A DNA stretch of 64,000 nucleotides. Origin: an uncultured Thermoleophilia bacterium. GTDB lineage: Bacteria; Actinomycetota; Thermoleophilia; UBA2241. Position numbers and translations under genes: made by a program. The stretch spans positions 608,001 to 672,000 of the forward strand of contig CAVPCT010000003.1 in the NCBI GenBank assembly GCA_963702475.1. Direction: 5' to 3'. Each line of letters opens with the position of its first letter. Position 1 is the first letter of the stretch. This document shows positions 39,328-49,481 of this stretch, piece by piece. The notes beneath the pieces are model-generated. The model searched no databases. It was not told the origin of the DNA and saw only the letters and a list, made by a program, of their open reading frames with translations.

Positions 39328-40821
39328 ATGGCCGTTGATGCCAAAGCGCTTGCGAGCATCGGGGACAACGCCAATCTCATCGGCGGGAAGTGGGTGTCTG
39401 CCATCTCAGGCGAGACGTTCGATGTGCTCAGCCCGGCCACGGGCGAGGTGCTCGCTTCCGTTCCGAAGTGCGGCAAGGCCGATGTGGACGCTGCTGTCGA
39501 CGCTGCCGCCAAGGCGTGGACCGTCTTCAAGGACGTGCCTCTCTACGTGAGAGCAGACGCGCTGCGTCGGATGGCGGAGCTGATCCGCGAGCGGACAGAG
39601 GAGATCGCGCTCGTACTGAGCATGGAGCAGGGCAAGCCGTACGAGACCGAAGCCTTCCCTGAGGTCGAGGAGACGGCCTTCAACTTCCAGATCTTCGCCG
39701 AAGGGGCGGCCTCTTGGGAGGGACCGACCATCCCCTTCCGCGACCCGAACATCCGGGCTCACGCGATCTACTCACCCTACGGCGTCGTGGCGATCATCTC
39801 GCCATGGAACTTCCCGGTCATGATCCCTGCCGAGTACATCGCTCCGGCATTGCTGACCGGCAACACGGTCATCAGCAAGCCGGCATCCACAACGCCCCTG
39901 TCCATGATCCTCACGGCCCAGTGCATTCAGCAGGCGCTTGACGAGTTCGGGTTTCCGGGTGGGGTGTTCAGCCTGCTGACCGGTCCAGGCGGTGTTGTGG
40001 GCGAGCAGCTGGTGACCCATCCTCAGGTGGACCTCATCGGTCTCACCGGGGAGACCATCACCGGTGAAGAGATCTGCTCCAAGGCGGGGATCAAGAAGAC
40101 CTTGATGGAGCTTGGCGGCAACGGGCCCCAGATCGTCTGCGATGACGCCGACCTCAGGGAGGCGGCGAAGGCCGCTGCGCTCGGCTGCTTCTACAACGCC
40201 GGTCAGGTCTGCTGCGCAACGGAGCGGATCCTTGTGCAGGAGAGTGTCCATGACGAGTTCGTCAAGCTGATGCTTGAAGAATTGGCGAACTGGAAGCTCG
40301 GCGATCCTCTCGACGCGGCAACGACCGTGGGGCCGATGAACAACGCGGCGACGGTCGCGAAGGTCGAGGAGCACCTCGCGGATGCGGTGAGCAAGGGAGC
40401 GACCGTTCTGGCGGGCGGCGGACTGGAAGATGGCCGTCCGACCAGGCTGTATTTCCAGCCGACAGTCGTGGACGGCGTCGGCCGCAATACCCTGCTCAAC
40501 ATGGAGGAGACGTTCGGCCCGGTCGCACCCATCTTCACGTTCAAGACAGACGCTGAAGCAGTCGAGATCGCGCACGAGAGCGGCTACGGTCTGGTCATGG
40601 CCGTGTTCACCTCCTCGCTCAAGAGGTCCCATTACTACGTTGACCAGCTGCGCACGGGCAACATCGTCGTGAACCAATCGACCGACTATTGGGAAGCACA
40701 CCTGCCGTTCGGCGGCGGAGGCGGCACCAAGAGCGGGCACGGCCGGTTGGGTATGCGCTTCGCTCTGGAAGACCTGACGTATCTCAAGATGGTGACCGTC
40801 GACATCGCCAAGTGCCACTGA
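39328..40821 (+). CDS. Aldehyde dehydrogenase
   Basis: PWNFP, MELGGN, NAGQVCC, EETFGP. Confidence 0.95.
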   Translation: MAVDAKALASIGDNANLIGGKWVSAISGETFDVLSPATGEVLASVPKCGKADVDAAVDAAAKAWTVFKDVPLYVRADALRRMAELIRERTEEIALVLSMEQGKPYETEAFPEVEETAFNFQIFAEGAASWEGPTIPFRDPNIRAHAIYSPYGVVAIISPWNFPVMIPAEYIAPALLTGNTVISKPASTTPLSMILTAQCIQQALDEFGFPGGVFSLLTGPGGVVGEQLVTHPQVDLIGLTGETITGEEICSKAGIKKTLMELGGNGPQIVCDDADLREAAKAAALGCFYNAGQVCCATERILVQESVHDEFVKLMLEELANWKLGDPLDAATTVGPMNNAATVAKVEEHLADAVSKGATVLAGGGLEDGRPTRLYFQPTVVDGVGRNTLLNMEETFGPVAPIFTFKTDAEAVEIAHESGYGLVMAVFTSSLKRSHYYVDQLRTGNIVVNQSTDYWEAHLPFGGGGGTKSGHGRLGMRFALEDLTYLKMVTVDIAKCH

Positions 40822-40861
40822 GGCCGGACCACCGAGTATGGAGCAAGGAGACGGGGGACTC

Positions 40862-42145
40862 ATGAAACGCATGAAGACGACTCGCCGGATGCTGCCGATA
40901 CTGGCCGTACTACTCCTGATAGCGGTTGGAGGTAGCGGCGCTGTACTTGCTGCATGCGGGGGGGACGAAACGACGAGCGACGACGCAACAGGCGGCGCTC
41001 CAATCAAGATCGGCGCACCCCTGCCGATCACGGGCTCGTACGCACTCGACGGCCAGCACATGCAGACCGGGATGCAGATGGCGATCGACGATCTCAATGC
41101 TCAGGGCGGTGTCCTGGGCCGCCAGCTCGAACTCGTCACGTTCGACATCGGGGAGTTGCTCGCCGAAGACATCAACGCCTCCGCGGAGTACCTTCTCGGG
41201 AAGGAGAAGGTCGACCTGGTCGTGGAGGGTTACGCGGACTACGGCACGGACTTCCTGGCCTACGGCGCCAGGAGCGACGTACCGTTCATCAACGGCACGG
41301 CCTCTTCCAAGGCGGCCGAGCTGGCTGCAGAGGATCCGGAGGCCTACTGGAACATGTTCGACGTGTTCCCGGTCGAGGCGGACTGGGGAAGACGAGCATG
41401 GGACGGCGTGGCCAAGTTCGAGAGTGACTACCAGATCCCGGCCAAGCGCATCGCGATCATCCATGGAGATCTCGAGTGGGATCTCAAGTACACCGCGTCG
41501 ATCGCCGAGGCGGCTGAGGCTGCAGGCTGGACCGTTGTCCTCAACGAGACCGTTCCCTATGGCACGACAGACTGGGGACCGGTCCTGACGAAGCTCCGGG
41601 CAGCCGAACCGACCGCGGTCTCGTGTTCGATCCTGTCGGTCAAGGACATCTCGGCCTTCGTCAACCAATTCATGGAGGATCCGCCCCCCGCGACGTTGGA
41701 CATCTCGTCGATGATTGTTCTGAAGGACGTACAGGACGCGTGCGGCGACAACCTCATTGGGGTCATGGGCTACGTGACCAGCTACTTGCCTCCGAGCGAA
41801 ACGAACGACGACTTCAAGACCAGGTACAAGGAGAAGTTCGGCTACGATCTGCCTCTCACCACTCCGCCGTCGACCTACGATTCGGTCATGATCTGGGCGC
41901 AGGCGGTTGAGGCGGTCGGTGACGTGAGCGACCACAAGGCGATTGCCGACAAGATCAGGGCCACTCCTTACCAGGGGCTCGGGGGTCTTTACGACTTCAA
42001 CAACCCCGGACAGACCGTGCTCTACGGTCCCGACTTCCCAATCGGGTACGCGCAATACGCTGGGAACAACGAACTGCTCTTCTTCGGCGTTGATGAGTTC
42101 TTCCTGCCGCCCTGGATCCAGCCTCCATGGCCCAAGGCCGAGTGA
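40862..42145 (+). CDS. ABC transporter substrate-binding lipoprotein (Liv/HAAT type)
   Basis: Lipobox LAAC, IKIG..LP.TG, NAQGGVLGR. Confidence 0.88.
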   Translation: MKRMKTTRRMLPILAVLLLIAVGGSGAVLAACGGDETTSDDATGGAPIKIGAPLPITGSYALDGQHMQTGMQMAIDDLNAQGGVLGRQLELVTFDIGELLAEDINASAEYLLGKEKVDLVVEGYADYGTDFLAYGARSDVPFINGTASSKAAELAAEDPEAYWNMFDVFPVEADWGRRAWDGVAKFESDYQIPAKRIAIIHGDLEWDLKYTASIAEAAEAAGWTVVLNETVPYGTTDWGPVLTKLRAAEPTAVSCSILSVKDISAFVNQFMEDPPPATLDISSMIVLKDVQDACGDNLIGVMGYVTSYLPPSETNDDFKTRYKEKFGYDLPLTTPPSTYDSVMIWAQAVEAVGDVSDHKAIADKIRATPYQGLGGLYDFNNPGQTVLYGPDFPIGYAQYAGNNELLFFGVDEFFLPPWIQPPWPKAE

Positions 42146-42230
42146 TCGCCAGGTTCTCGAGGCCACGGTCGAGCGGGTCCGATCCCCGCTCGACCAGCCC
42201 ATCGAAAGGGCCCATGGGGGCGGTGACGCT

Positions 42231-42941
42231 GTGTCCCTGAGTCTGCAGAACGTCACTCAGCGGTTCGGCGCACTGGCCGCGGTGGACGACGTCAGCTTCG
42301 ACGTGGAGAAGGGTGAAGCGCTGGGCATCGCCGGCCCCAACGGGGCCGGCAAGACGACGCTCTTCAACACGATCTGCGGCTTTCATCGCCCCGAGGGCAA
42401 GATACTTCTGGACGGGATCCGACTCGACAGTCTCCAACCGCACCGCGTCTGCCGGCTGGGCGTGGCCAGGACGTTCCAGATCCCTGCACCGTTCGATTCG
42501 ATGACTGTGCGGCAGAACGTTGAGGTCGGCGCCGTCTTCGGTGGTGGCAGCCATCGGAGAGAGGCCATGCACGCGCGAGTCGACGAGGCGCTGGACCGAG
42601 TGCACATGCTGGAGAAGGCTGAGTCGCCTGTCCGCACGCTCAAGCTCTACGACAAGAAGCTGGCGTTGCTGGCGGCAGCTCTCGCTACGGGTCCCAGCGT
42701 CCTTCTGCTTGACGAAGTGGCTGCTGGATTGAGCGCTGTGGAAATGAAGGAGTTGTTCGAGCTCATACAGCATCTCAACCGCGAGGCTGGCCTGACCCTG
42801 CTGGTCATCGAGCACATCATGAGCATCCTTACCGGGCTGTGCGATCGGATCCTCGTGATGAACGATGGAAAGGTGCTCGCCATCGGTGAGGCGGACGCGG
42901 TCATGGCCGATCCGGACGTGAAGGAGGCTCTGCTGGGATGA
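42231..42941 (+). CDS. ABC ATP-binding subunit (LivG-like)
   Basis: GPNGAGKTT, LLLDE, IEH. Confidence 0.9.
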   Translation: MSLSLQNVTQRFGALAAVDDVSFDVEKGEALGIAGPNGAGKTTLFNTICGFHRPEGKILLDGIRLDSLQPHRVCRLGVARTFQIPAPFDSMTVRQNVEVGAVFGGGSHRREAMHARVDEALDRVHMLEKAESPVRTLKLYDKKLALLAAALATGPSVLLLDEVAAGLSAVEMKELFELIQHLNREAGLTLLVIEHIMSILTGLCDRILVMNDGKVLAIGEADAVMADPDVKEALLG

Positions 42942-43666
42942 GCATGCTCGAAGTCGAGAGCCTCAACGTCAGCTACGGTGATATCCAGGTCATTCGCGAC
43001 ATCAACCTCACGGCAGAAGAGGGCCAACTGACGGCCATCTTCGGACCGAACGGGCACGGCAAGACCACGCTGCTGAAGACCATCTGCGGTCTGGTGACCC
43101 CGACGTCAGGCACCGTGCGCGTCGACGGCGAGGAGTTCCAGGGTCGCCCGTCGGACCAGCATGTTGATCGAGGCATTGTCCTTGTTGCCGAGGAACGCCA
43201 CCTCTTTTCGGAGATGACCGTGATGGAGAATCTCCAGCTTGGTGCGTTCTCGCGTGCCGCTCGCGCCGCCGAGGATGCCAATCTCACCCGCGTGTTCGAC
43301 ATGTTCCCAAAACTGGCCGATCTGCGTCGGCGGGAGGCCGCGACACTCAGCGGCGGAGAAGCGCGGATGCTCGCCATCGGAAGAGGGCTCATGTCGTGCC
43401 CGCGACTGTTCGCGGTCGACGAGCCGTCATTCGGGCTCGTTCCGAAGTTGCGCCACGTGGTCTTCGACTCCCTGCGCCAGTTGGCAGATGGCGGCTTGAC
43501 CGTGCTCGTCGTCGAGCAGTCGACGGCGCGGATCTCGGAACTCGCGGACCAGGTGTATCTGATCGAAGACGGGGCAGTCGTGTTTGGTGGCGATACAGCA
43601 GCGGCGCTGCAGAACGAAGAATTCAAGCGCGTCTACCTCGGCCAGGGGCCGGGAGGTGAGGAGTGA
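42938..43666 (+). CDS. ABC ATP-binding subunit (LivF-like)
   Basis: GPNGHGKTT, LSGGE, DEPS. Confidence 0.9.
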   Translation: MSMLEVESLNVSYGDIQVIRDINLTAEEGQLTAIFGPNGHGKTTLLKTICGLVTPTSGTVRVDGEEFQGRPSDQHVDRGIVLVAEERHLFSEMTVMENLQLGAFSRAARAAEDANLTRVFDMFPKLADLRRREAATLSGGEARMLAIGRGLMSCPRLFAVDEPSFGLVPKLRHVVFDSLRQLADGGLTVLVVEQSTARISELADQVYLIEDGAVVFGGDTAAALQNEEFKRVYLGQGPGGEE

Positions 43667-44547
43667 GCTGGCGATCCCTTGGTGACGTGTTGATCAGCGG
43701 TCTGACCATCGGCAGCGTGTACTACCTGATGGCTCTCGGATTCACGCTCGTATACGGCGTTGGCCGCGTGCTCAATCTGGCCTACGGGTCCTTCTTCGTG
43801 TGGGGAGCCTACGTGTGCTGGGTGTTCACGGTCGGCGTCGCCACCTTGCCCATAGTCGTGGGCGGCCTTATTGCAGTCCCCCTGCTCTTCTTGCTTGGCG
43901 TGGCCGTTGACCGGGGTGTGGTGAATCCGCTGCGGAAACGGCCGGAGTTCGACTTCAGCGTCCTCCTGGCGACCCTGGGCCTTGCCATGGTTCTGGACAA
44001 TCTGGCGCTCGTCATCTTCGGACCGCGGCCAAAGGCGCTGCCTGATTTCGGCAGCTGGAGCCTGGAGGTCGGAGGCTTCGTGCTCAGCGCGCAAGCACTC
44101 ATCATCATTGCGTTCGCCGGCGCCTTTGCCTTCGCACTGACGCTGTTTCTGCAGCGCACCAAGACGGGCATGAGCATCCGCGCGGTCGCCCAGGATCCGA
44201 CAGGGGCGCGCATGGTCGGCATTCGGCTCAACCACGTGTACGCCCTGACGTTCGGTCTGTCGGTCGCCTTGGCCGCTGCCGGAGGGATTCTCCTGGCGCA
44301 GCGGTTCTTCATCACGCCACTGGGCGGCTGGACCATTCTCATCAAGGCTCTCATCATTGCTGTAGCTGGAGGCATGGGGAGCCTGAAGGGGACCCTGGTG
44401 GCCGCCTTCGCTCTGGGCATGCTCGAAGCGTTCGTGGGCTGGCAGGCGGGGCTTCTGTGGGTGATGCCCTTCTGGTTCGGAGTCCTTCTCGCGATCCTGC
44501 TCACAAGGCCTCACGGACTGTTCGGGGCAGCGGGGAGGCGGGTGTGA
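43663..44547 (+). CDS. ABC permease (LivH-like)
   Basis: ALGFTLVYG..LNLA.G, IRAVAQD, GGMGS. Confidence 0.9.
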   Translation: MSWRSLGDVLISGLTIGSVYYLMALGFTLVYGVGRVLNLAYGSFFVWGAYVCWVFTVGVATLPIVVGGLIAVPLLFLLGVAVDRGVVNPLRKRPEFDFSVLLATLGLAMVLDNLALVIFGPRPKALPDFGSWSLEVGGFVLSAQALIIIAFAGAFAFALTLFLQRTKTGMSIRAVAQDPTGARMVGIRLNHVYALTFGLSVALAAAGGILLAQRFFITPLGGWTILIKALIIAVAGGMGSLKGTLVAAFALGMLEAFVGWQAGLLWVMPFWFGVLLAILLTRPHGLFGAAGRRV

Positions 44548-45551
44548 TACGCAGGCGCGCATACGTGCTCGCTGGTTGCATCGTTGCCATTCTGGCCGTG
44601 CTGCCGCTGATAGTGGGCAACGACTCGTACATGATGAGACTCCTTCTGATCAGCATGTTGTGGGGCGGACTGGCCCTGTCGTGGGATCTGCAGCTCGGGT
44701 ATGCAGGGATCTTCAACTTGGGCCAGATCGGCTTCTTCGTGTGTGGTGCGTACGCGTCTGCGATGCTGACCATGTACGTCGATATCTCCCCGTGGCTCGG
44801 CTTGGTTGTAGGGGCGGCGGTCGGCGGTCTCATCGCAGCTGCCATCGGCGTGGCGTGCCTTCGCCTGACGGGTATCTACATCGCTCTGCTCACGCTGGCT
44901 TTCTTTGAGGTGCTTGGCCCCCTGCTCACCCTGGGGAAGCCGTGGGGGACCGGGGGGAAGGCTGGGCTCCTGCCCATACCGCCTTTGAGTTGGGGCGGTC
45001 AGCCATTCTCGGTCTATGACCCGCTGCCGTGGTACTACTGTGCCCTTGGACTCCTCGTGGTCTGCATGGTCGTGGTGGTATGGGTCGTCAGGTCGCGACT
45101 GGGCCGTGGATTCATCGCCCTGCGCGACTCCGAGTCGCTGGCACAAGCCCTGGGAGTCGACCGCTTTCGCTCCTCGCTGGCGGTAGTAGGCATATCCGGC
45201 GCGCTGGCGGGGATGATGGGAGCTTTCTACGCCAGCTACCAGGGAGTCCTCTCGCCACGCCTGCTCGGACTCGACCTGTTCCTCTTCCTGATCATTGCGA
45301 TCCTCGCAGGCGGCGTGGGCAAGTTCCCAGGGGCAGTTCTGGGAGCGATAGCGGTGACGTTCGTCACGGACAGTCTGCGCCCCACCGGGACCTACCGTCT
45401 CTTGATCCTCGGGGGGCTCGTCGTCGTTCTGGTGCTGTTCCTTCCTGCCGGTGCGATGGGCGGTCTGGATTCGGTGATCCTGCGCATCAAGCGCTGGCGA
45501 AGAGGAGGCGTACAACCCCCGGTCGTGGATGTCGATCCGAAGGAGCCATGA
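44544..45551 (+). CDS. ABC permease (LivM-like)
   Basis: GYAG..NLG, GAYA, LRL.G.Y.AL.TL, SRLGR..ALRD. Confidence 0.9.
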   Translation: MIRRRAYVLAGCIVAILAVLPLIVGNDSYMMRLLLISMLWGGLALSWDLQLGYAGIFNLGQIGFFVCGAYASAMLTMYVDISPWLGLVVGAAVGGLIAAAIGVACLRLTGIYIALLTLAFFEVLGPLLTLGKPWGTGGKAGLLPIPPLSWGGQPFSVYDPLPWYYCALGLLVVCMVVVVWVVRSRLGRGFIALRDSESLAQALGVDRFRSSLAVVGISGALAGMMGAFYASYQGVLSPRLLGLDLFLFLIIAILAGGVGKFPGAVLGAIAVTFVTDSLRPTGTYRLLILGGLVVVLVLFLPAGAMGGLDSVILRIKRWRRGGVQPPVVDVDPKEP

Positions 45552-45734
45552 TGGCGCGGAGCGTACTGAGGCACGTGCGGCCCGCGCATCTGGGTGTCAT
45601 CTCATCCGCTCACGGCGACCGGTCGATACCGCGATGAGTCCGGAGCGTTTCACTCCCCGGCGTGAGCCTTGAACTGCCAGGGTCGGCGGGGAGTCTCGCC
45701 ATGGAGCAAATGTAGCCTTGGGGTGTGACGAGCG

Positions 45735-46688
45735 ATGCTCACCGTCACCCTTGGTCTGACGGCGGCGTTCTGCTACGCCCTCGTCGACCTTCTGATGGTG
45801 CGAGTCGTGCGCACGGTGCCCGTGGCATTGGCGTTGGTGTGGCTGGTCGGTGTCGGCGCGCTCATCAGTGTGCCGCTGGCGCTCTTCGTGGACGGGGTCC
45901 CGAGTGGCAGCGCGGAGTGGCGCGGGGTCGGCATCGCGGCCATCGGCGGAGTCACGTACATGGCCGCGTTGGGGGCGATGTTCCGCGGGCTGGCGGTAGG
46001 CCAGCTGTCCATCATGTCGCCGATCACCGCGCTTGAAGGCGCGTTCGCGGCGCTGGTGGCCATCGTGCTCGGCGAGCAGCTCGGCGGCCTGGCGGCCGTG
46101 GGTCTGCCGCTCGCCGTGATCGGCGCCGTTCTGGCGTCGATTGTGCGAGTGTCGGCCGAGCCGGCCGTCGCGATGACGTCTGCGGTCGAGGTCGCCCAAG
46201 CCGAAGGCGGCTCCTGCGGCGCGAACGCCGGCACCCGGGACGAGAAGGGCGGCCGTGCACCCGGTGCCTGGGAGGCCGCCCGCGGCGCCGGCTGGGCGTT
46301 ACTGGCGGCCACGGCGGGCGGAACCACCATTCTCATCTACGGGTGGGCCGCCGACCTGCCGCCGTTCTCGGCTGTGGCCATGTCCCGCCTGGTGAGCTTC
46401 CTCATTGTGCTTGCCTACGCGGCCACGCATCAGGGCCTGGCTCTGCCGCGGGTGTGGCGCCCGCGGGTCGTTTTCGCAGGCTGTGTCGAACTGGCAGCGT
46501 TCGTGGCGCTGGCGGCCTCCACCGCACGTGGCCCCGTGTCGGTGGCCGCGGTGACGACCGCTCAGTTCGCCACGTTTGGCGTCATTCTGGGAGTTCTGAT
46601 ACTGCACGAACGCCCGCTCCTACAGCAGCGTGTGGGCATCCTCGCCACCCTGGTGGCCGTGACGCTGCTCGCCCTCTCGGAGGTATAG
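45735..46688 (+). CDS. EamA/DMT family transporter (ends in TAG)
   Basis: Two 5-TM repeats, LGE and LHER ends. Confidence 0.8.
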   Translation: MLTVTLGLTAAFCYALVDLLMVRVVRTVPVALALVWLVGVGALISVPLALFVDGVPSGSAEWRGVGIAAIGGVTYMAALGAMFRGLAVGQLSIMSPITALEGAFAALVAIVLGEQLGGLAAVGLPLAVIGAVLASIVRVSAEPAVAMTSAVEVAQAEGGSCGANAGTRDEKGGRAPGAWEAARGAGWALLAATAGGTTILIYGWAADLPPFSAVAMSRLVSFLIVLAYAATHQGLALPRVWRPRVVFAGCVELAAFVALAASTARGPVSVAAVTTAQFATFGVILGVLILHERPLLQQRVGILATLVAVTLLALSEV

Positions 46689-46743
46689 GCCGCCCGGGAG
46701 AGGCCCCGGGGCGGCAGACAAGTCAACCACTGGAGAACTCTCT

Positions 46744-47439
46744 ATGTGCGCCGCAATCGACAAGAACCGGACAGCAGTGCTGGATTCCGAAGCGGGAGCG
46801 GTCCGGCACGCGCCGTTCGAGGATCCATCCCTCACCCTGCCTGAGCCTGCCAACGAGATCGTGCAGGCGGCGCGCCGCCTGCTGCTGCTCGGCGGTTGGG
46901 AGGCCCTGCGCGTCGACGCCATCGTTCGCGAGGCTGGCAGGAACAAGGCCTCGGTGAAGTACTACTTTGGCAATAAGCAGGGCCTCATCACCGCCCTCAT
47001 CGACTCGCTTGACCACGAGCAGTGCCTCGCCTTGGCCGAGCGCACCGCCGCAGCCGACGGGGAAGAGCGCCTCAGCCGCTACATCATCGGACAGACCGAG
47101 CTTGCCAGCGACGCCGAAGCGTTTCTCCTGTTCTTCGATGTCCTGCCGCACGTGATTCGCGACGAAGAGCTGCGCAGGCGAGTAGCGCCACTCTATGAGT
47201 GGTACCGGCATATGAACATGGTGTGGCTGGGCCTCACCGACAGGGTCACCGACGAGAACCGGGACCGCCTCAGGGCGTTCGTCGCACTGATGGTCGCGGT
47301 GGTGGACGGGCTGGCCATCCAGGCGTCGCTGCAGCCGGAGGATTTCGACGTGGCCGCCTCTTTTGACATCCTTGAGATCTTCCTCAAACGCTGCCTTGAC
47401 GAGGTGGTCACGGGAACTGCTGATGGCGCCGCAAGTTGA
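46744..47439 (+). CDS. TetR family regulator (paralog of 16281-17000)
   Basis: HTH ..VKYYFGNK; shared LPHV..D.ELR.RVA.LY.WYR motif. Confidence 0.88.
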   Translation: MCAAIDKNRTAVLDSEAGAVRHAPFEDPSLTLPEPANEIVQAARRLLLLGGWEALRVDAIVREAGRNKASVKYYFGNKQGLITALIDSLDHEQCLALAERTAAADGEERLSRYIIGQTELASDAEAFLLFFDVLPHVIRDEELRRRVAPLYEWYRHMNMVWLGLTDRVTDENRDRLRAFVALMVAVVDGLAIQASLQPEDFDVAASFDILEIFLKRCLDEVVTGTADGAAS

Positions 47440-47580
47440 CGTGACGCCTGAAGACGGTCTACTCGCGGGCCATGGTCCTGGATTGAGAAGGAGGAGGTCA
47501 GTCATGCCCAGAAGCGCTACCGCACCGAGGAGCTCTTCGCCAAGCTGGGCGAGGCCGAGCGGTCGGGATTGTCGCCTCAT
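47440..47580 (+). mobile_element. Possible IS3-like left-end remnant
   Basis: AGGAGGAGG RBS, then frameshifted MP.KRYRTEELFAKLGEAE resembling an IS3 orfA start. Confidence 0.3.
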
Positions 47581-47689
47581 GCGGTCGCGCCCGCCGACAC
47601 GGACGGGGCGACGAAGAGGATGGCCACCGTGCATCTCAATGAATCCCCTCTGTGGGTCTAGCGCCCCGCGCATGAGCAGACGCGGCCAG

Positions 47690-47941
47690 TCCCAGCCCAA
47701 GCTGATCGACCGCCGCGTGCTGGAGGAGTGGGCTGCCGCCGGCAGCACGGACCTCCACCAGCGCGCGCAGGAGGAGGCGCGTCGCATCCTCGCGACGCAC
47801 GCCCCGGAACCGCTGCCGGACGCCGTGGCGCGCGAGATTCGCGGCATCGTCGACGCGGCCGACCACGAGGCGGCGTCGACGATGAACAGGCGGCGCCAGA
47901 GGGCACCGAGGAGCCTCGCCACGCCCTGCCGTGCGCGCTGA
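47690..47941 (+). pseudogene. C-terminal remnant of a trimethylamine methyltransferase (MttB family)
   Basis: PKLIDRR..EEWAAAGSTDL..RA.EEARRILATH.PEPLPD is the typical MttB C-terminus; the rest is missing. Confidence 0.75.
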
Positions 47942-47976
47942 CCCAGCAAGGTAAGCCACCCAGGGAGAATCCGAAG

Positions 47977-49365
47977 ATGGAGAACAGCTACCCGACGCGT
48001 GACGGCGACGGATCGCTCGTGCGCATGACTCGCGGCCAGCTTCACTCAGAGCTGGAGGAGGGGACGCAGGCGGCGGCAGCGCGCGCCAAGGTCCCGCCCC
48101 TGACGACGGACGAGCTGGACCACCTGCTCGACATCTGGGCGTCTCCGGCTCGCTTCTCGTCCGTCGACATCGGTGACGAGGTCGTGCTCACGTACGACGG
48201 GTCGGGCTCGAAGACGGTCGGCACGCGCACGCAGGACCTGCTCATCTACGAGCAGATGATGGGCGCCGACTCCGTGGAGCTCGCGCACGTCGACTACTCG
48301 TTCAAGGCCGTCAAGACCATCCTTCCGCACGAAGCGCAGAACATGAAGGACGCCCAGCTCGTCCTGACGGCGCCGATGATGTACGGGGCGATGCCCAACC
48401 TGGGGCTGTACTCCCAGCCGGATGGGCCCGTGCCCAACTGGTCGGAGCTCCTGCCGATGACGAAGATCGCCGAGGCGCGTGCCGCCCAGGAAGAGGCGAT
48501 CGAGCACGCCGTCAAAGACATGGTCGCGGTCGCCGACGCTATGTGGGAGGCGGGCGCCGACGGGATCGACTTCGACACCGCCGGCGCCGCCGGCGACGGC
48601 GACCTCCTGGCGACGCTTCGCGCGGTCGAGAAGATTCGCGCAAAGCATCCCGACATGGGCATCGAGGTCGGCATGGCCGGCGAGTTCGTCCTCGGCGTGC
48701 ACGGTCAGCTCGAGTACGACGGCGTGCGCCTGGCCGGGCTCTGGCCTCGCGCCCAGATGGAGCTCGTGCGCCGGGCGGGCGCGACGATCTTCGGCCCCGC
48801 GGTCAACGTGAACACGCGCAAGTCGGGCGCCTGGAACATCGCCCGGGCGCTCACCCTGGTCAAGCCGTGCATGGATGTCGCCGAGATCCCCGTGCACATG
48901 AACGTCGGCATGGGCGTCGGCGGCGTCCCGATGAGTAGCTACCTGCCGCTGGACGCCGTGTCCCGAGCATCCCGTGCCTGCGTCGACATCCTGCGGCTGG
49001 ACGGTCTGTAGGTCGGCACGGGTGATCCTCTGGGCATGCCTTGTGCCCACGCGATCGCCTCGGGGATGTGCGGCATGCGCGCTGCTGGAGATCTGGTGGC
49101 GCGCATGCAGATCACTCGGGGGATGCGGATACATGAGGCCAAGGCCTACGTGGCCGAGCGGCTGGGGGTCGGTCCGTCCGACCTCTCCGACCCGCTCGCG
49201 ATGGCGGACGTGCGTAGGCACCATCAGCTGGGACGCATCACGACGTTCGAGATGAGCTACGCGAGCGAAAGTAGCGCGATGGAGTCGAAGTTCCGGATTG
49301 CCGAGCTGCTCGACCTCCCGATCAACTGCGTGCAGCGCTTCAGGCGGCACGCCGGGCTCGCGTGA
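47977..49365 (+). CDS. mtbB: Dimethylamine:corrinoid methyltransferase with pyrrolysine at codon 345 (TAG 49009-49011), 462 aa
   Basis: TRDGDG, DYSFKAVK, YGAMPNLGLY, DTAGAAGDGD, MGVGGVPM, DGL-[TAG]-VGTGDPLGM..AH..ASGM.GMRAAGDLVARMQ; homology continues in frame past the amber codon. Confidence 0.95.
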
Positions 49366-49481
49366 GCCCGGACGACCGGGGACCGGGAACGATCTGCTGA
49401 AAGGGATCGGCGTGCATACAGGCGCCGCGCGACCGCGGCTACTGAGAGCGGGATGTGGTATAGGCAGGAGGTGGAGACTCG

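Noticed and set aside
49012-49110. PYLIS-like element after the mtbB amber codon
   Set aside because: No convincing distinctive hairpin by eye, and such an element is not required for Pyl insertion
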